Below, one piece after another: positions 9,272 to 22,807 of a stretch of DNA of 54,660 bases. The stretch's first letter is position 1. Every line of letters begins with the position of its first letter. The translations under genes were made by a program, and so were the position numbers. A model generated the notes under the pieces. That model did no database searches. It was not told where the DNA came from and saw nothing but the letters and a program-made list of their open reading frames with translations. The DNA comes from Acetobacteraceae bacterium (lineage in GTDB: Bacteria; Pseudomonadota; Alphaproteobacteria; Acetobacterales; Acetobacteraceae): NCBI GenBank assembly GCA_019750475.1, contig JAIEOO010000003.1:1-54660 (forward strand), written 5' to 3'.

Positions 9272-9678
9272 GGAAGCGTGGCCACGCCCTCGTCGGCCGC
9301 GGCCGCGCGCAGCTCCGCGTCGAGGGTGGCGAGCGGCAGGTGACGCCGCAGCGCGAGTTCGAGATAGGCGGCGTCGTAGAGCGTCAGCCGGTGCCGGCGG
9401 GCGAGCGGGACCAACATATCGCCGCCTCGGAACGCCCCGTCGTCGAGTTCGACACCAAGCTCCTCGAGGGTCGCGCGCGCGGCGTCGTGCTGCCGCGGAT
9501 CGATTCGTCCCCGACGTTCGGAGATGAGCAGGACGTTGCCGACCTCCGCGCGCCACAGGATTGGCGCGGCGGCCCCGTCGCGCATGGCTTCCCGGAACAA
9601 AGGCTCGCACACCGCGGAGCGCGCCTCCCGCATCACCCAGGCCAGCGCCACGGACGCGTCGAGGGCGAAGGCCGTCAA
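9268..9678 (-). CDS. vapC: VapC-family PIN-domain toxin
   Basis: TTG start overlapping the antitoxin stop (TTGA) with GAGGGG RBS; PIN acidic residues in LDASVA, AEVGN, TLYDAAY, ATLDAEL. Confidence 0.88.
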   Translation of the reverse strand: MTAFALDASVALAWVMREARSAVCEPLFREAMRDGAAAPILWRAEVGNVLLISERRGRIDPRQHDAARATLEELGVELDDGAFRGGDMLVPLARRHRLTLYDAAYLELALRRHLPLATLDAELRAAAADEGVATLP

Positions 9679-9929
9679 CGCCGCCCCTCGTCGCGAAGGC
9701 GCTTCCACTCCTCCCAACTGCTCTCCTGAGGAATGCTGTCGCGCAACGCGCGCAGCTTCTCGACGGCGGCCTCGATCGCGGCGACGTCTCGGGGAGGTGG
9801 CGCCGGCGCCACCAGCCGCGCCACCGCCCGGCCGCGCCGGGTAATGGTGATCTCCTCCCCCCGCTCGACCCGGTCGAGCAGGGCGGAGAGGTGGGTCTTC
9901 GCCTCGAAGGCGCCGACGGTGGTGGCCAT
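9675..9929 (-). CDS. Phd/YefM-family antitoxin
   Basis: VGAFEAKTHLSALLDRVERGEEITITRRGRAVARL; coupled to vapC; alternative start at 9935. Confidence 0.9.
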   Translation of the reverse strand: MATTVGAFEAKTHLSALLDRVERGEEITITRRGRAVARLVAPAPPPRDVAAIEAAVEKLRALRDSIPQESSWEEWKRLRDEGRR

Positions 9930-9935
9930 GGCCAT

Positions 9936-9947
9936 CAAACTAGTTGG
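9936..9947 (-). promoter_or_regulatory. Putative TA operator overlapping a -10 element
   Basis: Palindrome AACTAGTT (9938-9945); minus-strand TAGTTT lies 7 nt before ATG 9929; no SD, so possibly leaderless. Confidence 0.45.
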
Positions 9948-10511
9948 TCAACCCGTCGGCGTCGAGGGAAACCGCACCAGCGGCGCCTGCCGCGCGACGT
10001 AGAGCGGGTGCTTCGGGCTGCCGTCGCCGTTCACGGCGAAGCAGAGCGGCTCCACCCCCGCCCCCCGCAGCAGACGGGCGAGCGCCGGCCCGCGCCCCGC
10101 GAGCGCCCTGGGCGGCTTCCCCCAGGCGGCGACCACCGGCGCCCCGGTCCGCGCGAAGCGCAGGATCGTCTCGTCCGTCTCCGACCCGACCGGATCCGCC
10201 ACCTCCAGCAGCCGGTTCTTGTCCGTGGCGCGGTAGCTGAAGGCGTTGAGCATGACGCAGGCGCCCACCCCCCAGACATGCCGGGCCCGCCACATGATGC
10301 CGGCGACCGTGGGGTCGTCGGCGTCCACATCGGCGGTCGAGGGATTCATGCCGATCACGGCGGCATGCCCGCCGCTGCCGATCGGCCGCCCGTCCCAGCG
10401 CCGTTCCAGCCACCAGCGCCAGCGCCGGCAGGGGGAGAAGGCGGCGGCCGAGACCACGTCGGGCGCGAGCGTCAGCCGGACCTTGCCGCCCGGGTCGTGA
10501 GGGTCCTGCAT
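9948..10511 (-). CDS. DUF1643 domain protein
   Basis: AFSPCRRWRWWLERRW, GMNPSTAD..DDPT, NAFSYRAT, VAAWG, GSPKHPLY. Confidence 0.85.
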   Translation of the reverse strand: MQDPHDPGGKVRLTLAPDVVSAAAFSPCRRWRWWLERRWDGRPIGSGGHAAVIGMNPSTADVDADDPTVAGIMWRARHVWGVGACVMLNAFSYRATDKNRLLEVADPVGSETDETILRFARTGAPVVAAWGKPPRALAGRGPALARLLRGAGVEPLCFAVNGDGSPKHPLYVARQAPLVRFPSTPTG

Positions 10512-10581
10512 GGGAGGCGAGTATTGGCGCCCCCAGGCGTTTCGGCTACACGCCCGGCTTCCGCCCGGAACGCGAGTGTCC

Positions 10582-10666
10582 GCGGGCGTGGTGGAATTGG
10601 CAGACACGCTGGATTTAGGTTCCAGTGGCGCAAGCCGTGGGGGTTCAAGTCCCTCCGCCCGCACCA
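10582..10666 (+). tRNA. tRNA-Leu(TAG)
   Basis: Acceptor stem GCGGGCG/CGCCCGC, anticodon arm CTGGA-TTTAGGT-TCCAG, long variable arm, GGTTCAAGTCC, encoded CCA. Confidence 0.96.
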
Positions 10667-10719
10667 CCGCGAGCCGCCGGCATTCCTCAACTCTCTTGGA
10701 CTGAACTGGAATAGCGCCG

Positions 10720-12042
10720 ATGCAGGTGACCGAGGTCGCGAACGAAGGGCTCAAGCGGGCCTACACCGTGGTGGTGCCCGCCGCCAGCATCGCCGCCGAG
10801 AAGGACAAGCGCCTCGCGGAGCTCGCGAAGGACATGAAGATCCCGGGCTTCCGCCCCGGCAAGGTGCCGCAGAAGATCGTCCAGGCGCGCTACGGCCAGG
10901 CCGTCATGGGTGAGGTGCTCGAAGCCTCCGTCCAGGAGGCGACGGGCAAGGTCGTCTCCGACCGCGGCCTGCGCCCGGCGCTGCAGCCCAAGATCGAGCT
11001 GGTGAACTTCGCCGACGGGTCCGACCTCGAATTCCGCATGGATGTCGAGGTCCTGCCCGAGATCCCGATGCCCGACTTCGCCGCCATCGAGCTGACGCGT
11101 CTCAAGGCGACGCCGGGCGAGGCCGAGATCCAGCAGGCCTACGACAACATCACCCGCCGCAACGCCTCCCTCGAGGAGACGGAGGCCCGCGCCGCCCAGA
11201 AGGGCGAGGTGCTGGTCTGCGACTTCGTCGGCAAGATCGGCGGCGAGGAGTTCAAGGGCGGCAGCGCGAACGACATGCCGATCGAGGTCGCGGGCCCCGG
11301 CTTCATTCCCGGCTTCACCGAGCAGCTCGAAGGCCTCGCCCCGGGCGAGACCCGCTCCATCAGCGTCGCCTTCCCGGCCGACTACCAGGCGGCCGAGCTC
11401 GCCGGCAAGGACGCGACCTTCGACGTGACCGCCAAGGCGCTCAAGGTCTATTCCAAGCCCGAGATCAACGACGAGCTGGCGCAGAAGCTCGGCCTCGAGA
11501 ACGCCGAGAAGCTGCGCGAGCGCGTCGTCGAGGTGCTGCAGGCCGAGTACGACGCCCAGTCCCGCATGGCGATCAAGCGCCGGCTGCTCGACCAGCTGGC
11601 CGACAAGGCGAGCTTCACCGTGCCCGAAGGCATGGTGGAGGGCGAGTTCGGCCAGATCTGGCAGCGCGTCGAGGCCGACCTCAAGGCCGGCAAGCTCGAG
11701 GGCGACGACGCCGGCAAGGACGAGGCGACCCTCAAGGCGGAGTACCGCGGCATCGCGGAGCGCCGCATCCGCCTCGGCCTCCTGCTCAACGAGGTCGGCC
11801 GGACGAACAACATCCAGGTCAGCCGGGACGAGCTGGCCAACGCCATGCGGCAGGAAGTGGCGCGCTACCCGGGCCAGGAGAAGCTGGTCATGGACTATTT
11901 CCAGAAGAACCCGCAGGCGATCGAGGGCCTCCGCGCCCCGATCTTCGAGGAGAAGGTCGTGGACTTCATCCTCGAGCTGGCGAAGGTCACGGACGAGACC
12001 GTGACGCCGGACGCCCTGGCCGAGGCCGCGACCACCGCCTGA
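10720..12042 (+). CDS. tig: Trigger factor
   Basis: [10 protein letters not shown] ribosome-binding motif; FKBP domain FIPGFTEQL; precedes clpP. Confidence 0.97.
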   Translation: MQVTEVANEGLKRAYTVVVPAASIAAEKDKRLAELAKDMKIPGFRPGKVPQKIVQARYGQAVMGEVLEASVQEATGKVVSDRGLRPALQPKIELVNFADGSDLEFRMDVEVLPEIPMPDFAAIELTRLKATPGEAEIQQAYDNITRRNASLEETEARAAQKGEVLVCDFVGKIGGEEFKGGSANDMPIEVAGPGFIPGFTEQLEGLAPGETRSISVAFPADYQAAELAGKDATFDVTAKALKVYSKPEINDELAQKLGLENAEKLRERVVEVLQAEYDAQSRMAIKRRLLDQLADKASFTVPEGMVEGEFGQIWQRVEADLKAGKLEGDDAGKDEATLKAEYRGIAERRIRLGLLLNEVGRTNNIQVSRDELANAMRQEVARYPGQEKLVMDYFQKNPQAIEGLRAPIFEEKVVDFILELAKVTDETVTPDALAEAATTA

Positions 12043-12062
12043 CGCGGCGCGGCTCGATGAAC

Positions 12063-12099
12063 GGCGCCCCGGCCGGGACCCGGTCGGGGCGTCTTCGTT
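12063..12099 (+). terminator. Terminator after tig
   Basis: GGCGCCCCGGCCGG-GAC-CCGGTCGGGGCGTC hairpin then TTCGTT. Confidence 0.6.
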
Positions 12100-12143
12100 C
12101 GGGGCCCGGTCACCGGCACGCCCCGCCAACTCCGGCGGGGGGG

Positions 12144-12171
12144 CTTTCCCCGGCGCCCGCGATGCCCACAT
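12144..12171 (+). promoter_or_regulatory. Possible RpoH (sigma32) promoter of clpP
   Basis: CTTT-N17-CCCACAT, resembling alphaproteobacterial RpoH CTTG-N17-CCTATAT. Confidence 0.4.
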
Positions 12172-12274
12172 GCTGGACGGGAGAGAGGCCGGGGCGATTC
12201 CCGTCCGGCCGCCAACCGCCGCCGTGCCCATTCCTGACGCCCAGGGGGGCGGTGGCCAGGGACAGGACCTAGAC

Positions 12275-12919
12275 ATGCGCGACCGTGATCCGGTTGAGAT
12301 CTACAACAACAGCCTCGTGCCCATGGTGGTCGAGCAGTCCAGCCGCGGTGAGCGCGCCTACGACATCTATTCGCGCCTGCTGAAGGAGCGGATCATCTTC
12401 CTGACCGGCGCGGTGTACGACCAGGTATCGTCGCTGATCTGCGCCCAGCTCCTGTTCCTGGAGAGCGAGAACCCGAACAAGGACATCTCGTTCTACATCA
12501 ATTCTCCGGGCGGCGTGGTGTCGGCTGGCCTCGCCATCTACGACACCATGCAATACATCCGCTCCCCGGTGAGCACGGTGTGCATCGGGATGGCGGCCTC
12601 GATGGGTTCGCTCCTGCTGACGGCCGGGGCCCATGGCAAGCGCTTCGCCCTGCCCAACGCCCGCGTCATGGTCCACCAGCCCTCGGGCGGCGCCCAGGGC
12701 CAAGCGACGGACATCGAGATCCAGGCGCGCGAGATCCTGACGCTGCGCAAGCGGCTGAACGAGATCTACGTCCGGCACACCGGCCAGCCGGTCGAGGCGA
12801 TCGAGGCGAAGCTCGAGCGCGACACCTACATGTCGGCCGAGGACGCCAAGGCCTTCGGGCTGATCGACGAGGTGGTGGACAAGCGCCCGGCCTCGCCCGA
12901 CGCGGCGAAGGCGGCCTAA
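12275..12919 (+). CDS. clpP: ATP-dependent Clp protease proteolytic subunit
   Basis: AGGA RBS; [25 protein letters not shown] (catalytic Ser), MVHQP. Confidence 0.98.
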   Translation: MRDRDPVEIYNNSLVPMVVEQSSRGERAYDIYSRLLKERIIFLTGAVYDQVSSLICAQLLFLESENPNKDISFYINSPGGVVSAGLAIYDTMQYIRSPVSTVCIGMAASMGSLLLTAGAHGKRFALPNARVMVHQPSGGAQGQATDIEIQAREILTLRKRLNEIYVRHTGQPVEAIEAKLERDTYMSAEDAKAFGLIDEVVDKRPASPDAAKAA

Positions 12920-13073
12920 CCGTCTTGGTCCTGCCGCGTTCAGGCGGGGTTAACACGCGCGTGGCCAGCTTTCGCAAGGCCGCGCTTCCCCCGGGCGACC
13001 CCGGGGGGTATCCTTTGGCCTTACGCGCCCCCCGGGTGGACGGTTCCGCCCGACGGGGCTGCGAGGAGTGGGC

Positions 13074-14330
<1,257 letters not shown>

Positions 14331-14342
14331 ATGACGGCGGCG

Positions 14343-14371
14343 CTTGTTCCCGCTTCCGGCGCCGCCCATCT
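14343..14371 (+). promoter_or_regulatory. RpoH (sigma32)-type heat-shock promoter of lon
   Basis: CTTGTT-N15-GCCCATCT upstream of lon, a classic sigma32 regulon member. Confidence 0.6.
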
Positions 14372-14449
14372 GTGTGACGTTCCCGTGTCGCTTGGGCTGG
14401 GCCGGTATCGGGCGGCCCGGGCGATGACACACCGAAGAAGGGTCCTCGC

Positions 14450-16846
<2,397 letters not shown>

Positions 16847-16868
16847 GCGGCCGCGCGCGACCTCTCAT

Positions 16869-16906
16869 GGCCCTGGCCGCGGCAGCGCGGCCGGGGCTTT
16901 TCGTTT
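16869..16906 (+). terminator. Rho-independent terminator after lon
   Basis: GCCCTGGCCGCG-GCAG-CGCGGCCGGGGC then TTTTCGTTT. Confidence 0.82.
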
Positions 16907-16992
16907 GCCCGCCTTGCCCCGTGAATCAAGGATTTGCGGCGAATCATCCCCAGAATCCGAGCAAATCTGCCGCGTTCAGCGCGACGACGCGG

Positions 16993-17022
16993 TTGACGCG
17001 GCGGAAAACCGCCAATTAGTGT
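16993..17022 (+). promoter_or_regulatory. Sigma70-type promoter of the HU gene
   Basis: TTGACG-N18-TAGTGT. Confidence 0.55.
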
Positions 17023-17078
17023 CCCCCGCGATGCATCCGGGGAATCGGTCCCCGGAGCGTGACACCCGGGGGGTGACG

Positions 17079-17351
17079 ATGAACAAGCAGGATCTGGTGG
17101 CCGTCGTGGCCGAGACGGGCGAGCTGTCGAAGGCGAAGGCCGGCGACGTCGTGGACGCGATGTTCGAGGCGATCCAGAAGGCGCTGAAGAAGAAGCAGGA
17201 AGTCCGCCTGGTCGGCTTCGGCACCTTCTCCACCTCGAAGCGCAAGGCCGGCAAGGGCCGCAACCCGCGCACGGGCGAGGAGATCAAGATCCCCGCCACG
17301 ACGACCGTCCGCTTCAAGGCCGGCAAGGGCCTCAAGGACGCCGTCAACTGA
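17079..17351 (+). CDS. hupB: HU family DNA-binding protein
   Basis: MNKQDL...VRLVGFGTF...GRNPRTG...FKAGKGLKDAVN; follows lon. Confidence 0.95.
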   Translation: MNKQDLVAVVAETGELSKAKAGDVVDAMFEAIQKALKKKQEVRLVGFGTFSTSKRKAGKGRNPRTGEEIKIPATTTVRFKAGKGLKDAVN

Positions 17352-17358
17352 GTGCCGA

Positions 17359-17392
17359 GGCCCCGCCGCGCGAGCGGCGGGGCCGTCTCTTT
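17359..17392 (+). terminator. Terminator after HU
   Basis: GGCCCCGCCGC-GCGA-GCGGCGGGGCC then GTCTCTTT. Confidence 0.75.
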
Positions 17393-17572
17393 CCCACGGG
17401 GCGCATCGCCTCGATGACGCGGTCGCGCTGCTGCGACCCACCGCTCAGCCCGTGCGCCATGTCCGCGGCGCGCAAGCCAAGGCAGCGAAGCCGCCGCGCC
17501 GTGCCGAAGGCAGGCCTCCGGCGTGACGCGCGCGAGGGCGGCGGACAACCAAGGATCGCGTCCGCGATGTCT

Positions 17573-17644
17573 GGGCGCTTAGCTCAGCGGTAGAGCGCTT
17601 CGTTTACACCGAAGATGCCGGGGGTTCGAATCCCTCAGCGCCCA
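17573..17644 (+). tRNA. tRNA-Val(TAC), CCA not encoded
   Basis: Acceptor stem GGGCGCT/AGCGCCC, anticodon arm CTTCG-TTTACAC-CGAAG, GGTTCGAATCC. Confidence 0.94.
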
Positions 17645-17677
17645 TGCCCCGATCCGACGAATTCCACCGACACGCTG

Positions 17678-17706
17678 TTGACACGACCAGCCGCGAGCCG
17701 TATTCC
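17678..17706 (+). promoter_or_regulatory. Sigma70 promoter of tRNA-Asp
   Basis: TTGACA-N17-TATTCC followed by a GC-rich discriminator. Confidence 0.7.
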
Positions 17707-17722
17707 GCCGCCCACGTCGCGT

Positions 17723-17799
17723 GCGGGTGTAGCTCAGTCGGTTAGAGCGCCGGCCTGTCACGCCGGAGGTCGCGGGTTCGAGCCCCGTCACTCGCGCCA
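17723..17799 (+). tRNA. tRNA-Asp(GTC)
   Basis: Acceptor stem GCGGGTG/CACTCGC, anticodon arm CCGGC-CTGTCAC-GCCGG, GGTTCGAGCCC, encoded CCA. Confidence 0.96.
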
Positions 17800-18009
17800 C
17801 GCGACGTTTCCCCACCATTTCAATCCGTGCATGTCCCGCCTCGGCGCACCATTTGTTCGGTGCGGCCCCTGGCGGCGGCTTCGGCACCGCTGTATGGTCC
17901 GGCGGCGCCGCGCGGAGATCCGTTTCCGCCGGCGCCAAGGCACGTCCGGCGCGTTTCGGCCGGATGGGCAGCGACAAAGAGCGCGGCCGAGGTTGAGCGA
18001 GACAGAACG

Positions 18010-18378
18010 ATGACGCAGCCCTTGCTGGCGGAGTACTTCCCTATCCTCGTCTTCCTGGGGATCGCAGGCGTGATCGCCCTGGCGATGGTGGGCGGCAGCA
18101 TGCTCGTCGCGCGCCAGAAGCCGGACCCCGAGAAGCTCTCCGCCTATGAATGCGGATTCGAGCCTTTCGACGACACGCGGCGCCGCTTCGACGTGCGGTT
18201 CTACCTCGTCGCCATCCTGTTCATCATCTTCGATCTCGAAGTCGCCTTCCTGTTCCCCTGGGCCGTCGCGCTCGGGGACATCGGCTGGCTCGGCTTCCTC
18301 TCGATGATGGGGTTCCTCGGCGTGCTGACGGTCGGCTTCATCTACGAATGGCGCAAGGGCGCCCTGGACTGGGAGTAG
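18010..18378 (+). CDS. nuoA: NADH-quinone oxidoreductase subunit A
   Basis: [35 protein letters not shown]. Confidence 0.97.
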   Translation: MTQPLLAEYFPILVFLGIAGVIALAMVGGSMLVARQKPDPEKLSAYECGFEPFDDTRRRFDVRFYLVAILFIIFDLEVAFLFPWAVALGDIGWLGFLSMMGFLGVLTVGFIYEWRKGALDWE

Positions 18379-18383
18379 GGGCC

Positions 18384-18929
18384 GTGAGCGAGCTGGCCTG
18401 GAACAAGGACGGGCTTCCCACCGGCGCCGATCAGGACGCGGTGGTGAAGGCCGTGACCGGCGAGATCGAGGACAAGGGCTTCGTCGTCGCCAATCTCGAC
18501 AAGGTGGTGAACTGGGCGCGCACCGGCTCGCTCTGGCCGATGACCTTCGGCCTGGCCTGCTGCGCCGTGCCGATGATCCACGCCTACATGGCGCGCTACG
18601 ACCTCGACCGATTCGGCATCATCCCGCGCGGCTCGCCGCGGCAGTCGGACGTGATGATCGTGGCCGGCACGCTGACCAACAAGATGGCTCCCGCGCTCCG
18701 CAAGGTCTACGACCAGATGAGCGAGCCGCGCTGGGTCATCTCCATGGGCAGCTGCGCCAATGGCGGCGGCTACTACCACTACAGCTACAGCGTGGTGCGC
18801 GGCTGCGACCGCATCGTGCCGGTGGATGTCTACGTGCCCGGCTGCCCGCCCACGGCCGAGGGCCTCGTCTACGGGATCATGCAGCTGCAGAAGAAGATCC
18901 GCCGCACCGGGACCATCCTCCGTGGCTGA
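18384..18929 (+). CDS. nuoB: NADH-quinone oxidoreductase subunit B
   Basis: GTG start; FGLACCAV(P)M, SPRQSD, SMGSCA, VPGCPP; usual Glu after CCAV is Pro here. Confidence 0.96.
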   Translation: MSELAWNKDGLPTGADQDAVVKAVTGEIEDKGFVVANLDKVVNWARTGSLWPMTFGLACCAVPMIHAYMARYDLDRFGIIPRGSPRQSDVMIVAGTLTNKMAPALRKVYDQMSEPRWVISMGSCANGGGYYHYSYSVVRGCDRIVPVDVYVPGCPPTAEGLVYGIMQLQKKIRRTGTILRG

Positions 18930-19569
18930 CGCGCTCGAGGCCCTGATCCGCTCCGTCCTGCCGGGCGACGCGCCCGTGCGGTACGGCCGCAACCACCGCG
19001 GGCACGAGCTGCGCCTCGCCGTCACGCGCGAGGGGCTGCTGCCCCTGATGCTGACGCTGCGCGACACGCCCGCGCTCGACTTCGCGCTGCTGATGGACAT
19101 CTGCGGCGTGGACTGGCCCGACCGCCCCGAGCGGTTCGAGGTGGTGTACAACCTCCTCTCGGTCACGGCGAACCAGCGCGTCACCGTCGTCGTCACGACC
19201 GACGGCGAGCAGCCGGTGCCGACGGTCGCGCCGCTCTGGCCGTCGGCCACCTGGTACGAGCGCGAGGCCTGGGACATGTACGGCATCGTCTTCGCCGGCC
19301 AGCCCGACCTCCGCCGCCTGCTGACCGACTACGGCTTCGAGGGCCATCCGCTGCGGAAGGACTTCCCGCTGACCGGCTTCGTCGAGGTCCGCTACGACGA
19401 GGTGGAGAAGCGCGTGGTGCGGGAGCCGGTGAAGCTCCAGCAGGATTTCCGCGAATTCGACTTCCTCTCGCCCTGGGAGGCGATGACGACGCTTCCCGGC
19501 GACGAGAAGGTGCACCTGAACCGGCTGGCCGACGAGGCGCCGGGCCGCATCGAGGCGCCCAAGCCGTGA
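18922..19569 (+). CDS. nuoC: NADH-quinone oxidoreductase subunit C
   Basis: GTG start overlapping nuoB end; [21 protein letters not shown]. Confidence 0.95.
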   Translation: MADALEALIRSVLPGDAPVRYGRNHRGHELRLAVTREGLLPLMLTLRDTPALDFALLMDICGVDWPDRPERFEVVYNLLSVTANQRVTVVVTTDGEQPVPTVAPLWPSATWYEREAWDMYGIVFAGQPDLRRLLTDYGFEGHPLRKDFPLTGFVEVRYDEVEKRVVREPVKLQQDFREFDFLSPWEAMTTLPGDEKVHLNRLADEAPGRIEAPKP

Positions 19570-20798
19570 GCATCACCCAGGCCCAGCCCGACAGGGGCGA
19601 CACCGAGACCCGCGTCGTCGAGTTCGACAGCGGCACCCACACGGTCAATTTCGGCCCGCAGCACCCGGCCGCGCACGGCGTGCTGCGCCTCATCCTCGAG
19701 ATGAAGGGCGAGGTGGTGGAGCGCGCCGACCCGCATATCGGCCTGCTGCACCGCGGCACCGAGAAGCTGGTCGAGCACAAGACCTACCTCCAGGCGAACC
19801 CGTATTTCGATCGCCTCGACTACGTCAGCCCGATGTGCATGGAGCACTCCTACGCGATCGCGCAGGAGCGCCTGCTCGCCATCGAGGACATGGTTCCCGA
19901 GCGCGCGAAGTACATCCGCACCATGTTCGCGGAGGTGACGCGCATCCTGAACCACCTGCTGAACATCACCACCTACGCGCTGGACTGCGGCGCCATCACC
20001 CCGGCCCTCTGGGGCTTCGAGCAGCGCGAGCACCTGCTCGAGATGTACGAGATGACGGGCGGCTCCCACTACCACGTGAACTACTTCCGCGCGGGCGGCG
20101 TGGCGCGCGACATCCCGGCCGAGCTGCCCGGGAAGCTCGAGGCGTGGATGGCGCAGTTCCCGAAGTTCGTGGACGAGCTCGAGGGGCTGCTGACCAACAA
20201 CCGCATCTTCAAGCAGCGCACGGTGGACATCGGCGTCATGACCGCCGAGCAGGCGATGGCCTGGGGCTGGAGCGGCCCCTGCCTGCGCGCCTCCGGCGTC
20301 GCCTGGGACCTGCGCAAGTCGCAGCCCTACGACATGTACGCCGAGATGGATTTCGAGGTGCCGGTCGGCCGCCACGGCGACTGCTACGACCGCTACCTCG
20401 TCCGCATCCAGGAGATGCGCGAGAGCCTGAAGATCATCCGCCAGTGCCTCGACCGGATGAAGCCCGGCCCGGTGAAGGTGCCGGACAACAAGATCACGCC
20501 ACCCTCGCGCGCCGCGATGAAGCGCTCGATGGAGTCGCTCATCCACCACTTCAAGCTCTACACCGAGGGCTACCACGTGCCGGAGGGCGCGACCTACGCC
20601 GTGACCGAGGCGCCCAAGGGCGAGTACGGCGTCTATCTCGTCGCGGACGGCACCAACAAGCCGTATCGCTGCAAGATCCGCGCGCCCGGCTACGCCCATC
20701 TCCAGACCATGGAGGCGCTGTCGAAAGGCCACATGCTGGCCGACGCGGTCGCCATCATCGGCAGCCTCGACATCGTCTTCGGTGAGATCGACCGATGA
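19566..20798 (+). CDS. nuoD: NADH-quinone oxidoreductase subunit D
   Basis: [41 protein letters not shown]. Confidence 0.97.
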   Translation: MSITQAQPDRGDTETRVVEFDSGTHTVNFGPQHPAAHGVLRLILEMKGEVVERADPHIGLLHRGTEKLVEHKTYLQANPYFDRLDYVSPMCMEHSYAIAQERLLAIEDMVPERAKYIRTMFAEVTRILNHLLNITTYALDCGAITPALWGFEQREHLLEMYEMTGGSHYHVNYFRAGGVARDIPAELPGKLEAWMAQFPKFVDELEGLLTNNRIFKQRTVDIGVMTAEQAMAWGWSGPCLRASGVAWDLRKSQPYDMYAEMDFEVPVGRHGDCYDRYLVRIQEMRESLKIIRQCLDRMKPGPVKVPDNKITPPSRAAMKRSMESLIHHFKLYTEGYHVPEGATYAVTEAPKGEYGVYLVADGTNKPYRCKIRAPGYAHLQTMEALSKGHMLADAVAIIGSLDIVFGEIDR

Positions 20799-21490
20799 GC
20801 CAGGACCAAGACATTCCGTCGATCGGCGGCGGCTTCCACGCCACGCACGCGACGGGCAAGGCCGATCCGCACCAGCCGGACAGCTTCGCCTTCGACGCCG
20901 AGAGCGAGGCGCAGATCGCGAAGATCGTCGCGCGCTACCCCGAGGGGAAGCAGGCGAGCGCGGTCATCCCGCTGCTCTACCTCGTGCAGCGGCAGATGCG
21001 ACGGCAGACGGGCTCGGCCTGGGTGCCGCGCGCCGGCATGGACGCGGTCGCGGCGCGGCTCGGCATGCCGCCGATCCGCGTCTACGAGGTCGCGACCTTC
21101 TACCTGATGTTCAACACCAGGCCGATCGGGACGCATCACCTGCAGGTCTGCGGCACGACGCCCTGCTGGCTGCGCGGCTCCGACGAGGTGCTGCGCGCCT
21201 GCAAGGACGCGGGCGAGCTGAAGGGCTACGGCGACACCAGCGCGGACGGGATGTTCACCCTGACCGAGGTCGAGTGCCTCGGCGGCTGCGTGAACGCGCC
21301 GATCCTGCAGGTGGACGACGACTACTACGAGGACCTGGACTACGAGAGCACGGTGCGGCTGATCGAGGCGCTGAAGCGCGGCGAGAAGCCGCAGCCCGGC
21401 AGCGTGATCGGCCGGCAGACCAGCGCGCCCGAAGGCGGGCCGCTGACGCTCCTAGACGTGCCGGGATCTCAAGGGACGGAGAAGGTCTGA
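20795..21490 (+). CDS. nuoE: NADH-quinone oxidoreductase subunit E
   Basis: [27 protein letters not shown] (2Fe-2S N1a ligands). Confidence 0.97.
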   Translation: MSQDQDIPSIGGGFHATHATGKADPHQPDSFAFDAESEAQIAKIVARYPEGKQASAVIPLLYLVQRQMRRQTGSAWVPRAGMDAVAARLGMPPIRVYEVATFYLMFNTRPIGTHHLQVCGTTPCWLRGSDEVLRACKDAGELKGYGDTSADGMFTLTEVECLGGCVNAPILQVDDDYYEDLDYESTVRLIEALKRGEKPQPGSVIGRQTSAPEGGPLTLLDVPGSQGTEKV

Positions 21491-21494
21491 GGCG

Positions 21495-22802
<1,308 letters not shown>

Positions 22803-22807
22803 GCGGG

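Noticed and set aside
4825-9729. 1634-aa + strand ORF and many other long overlapping ORFs (e.g. 22754-25840, 48697-51495, 14288-16843)
   Set aside because: Arg/Gly/Pro/Ala-rich off-frame or antisense shadows of real genes; long open frames are expected at this GC content
10582-10720. tRNA-Leu as attachment site of a genomic island
   Set aside because: No integrase or duplicated tRNA 3' end was seen, and tig follows the tRNA directly
17845-17865. GCACC-N8-GGTGC dyad upstream of nuoA as an NtrC site
   Set aside because: Spacing does not fit the NtrC pattern GCACC-N5-GGTGC
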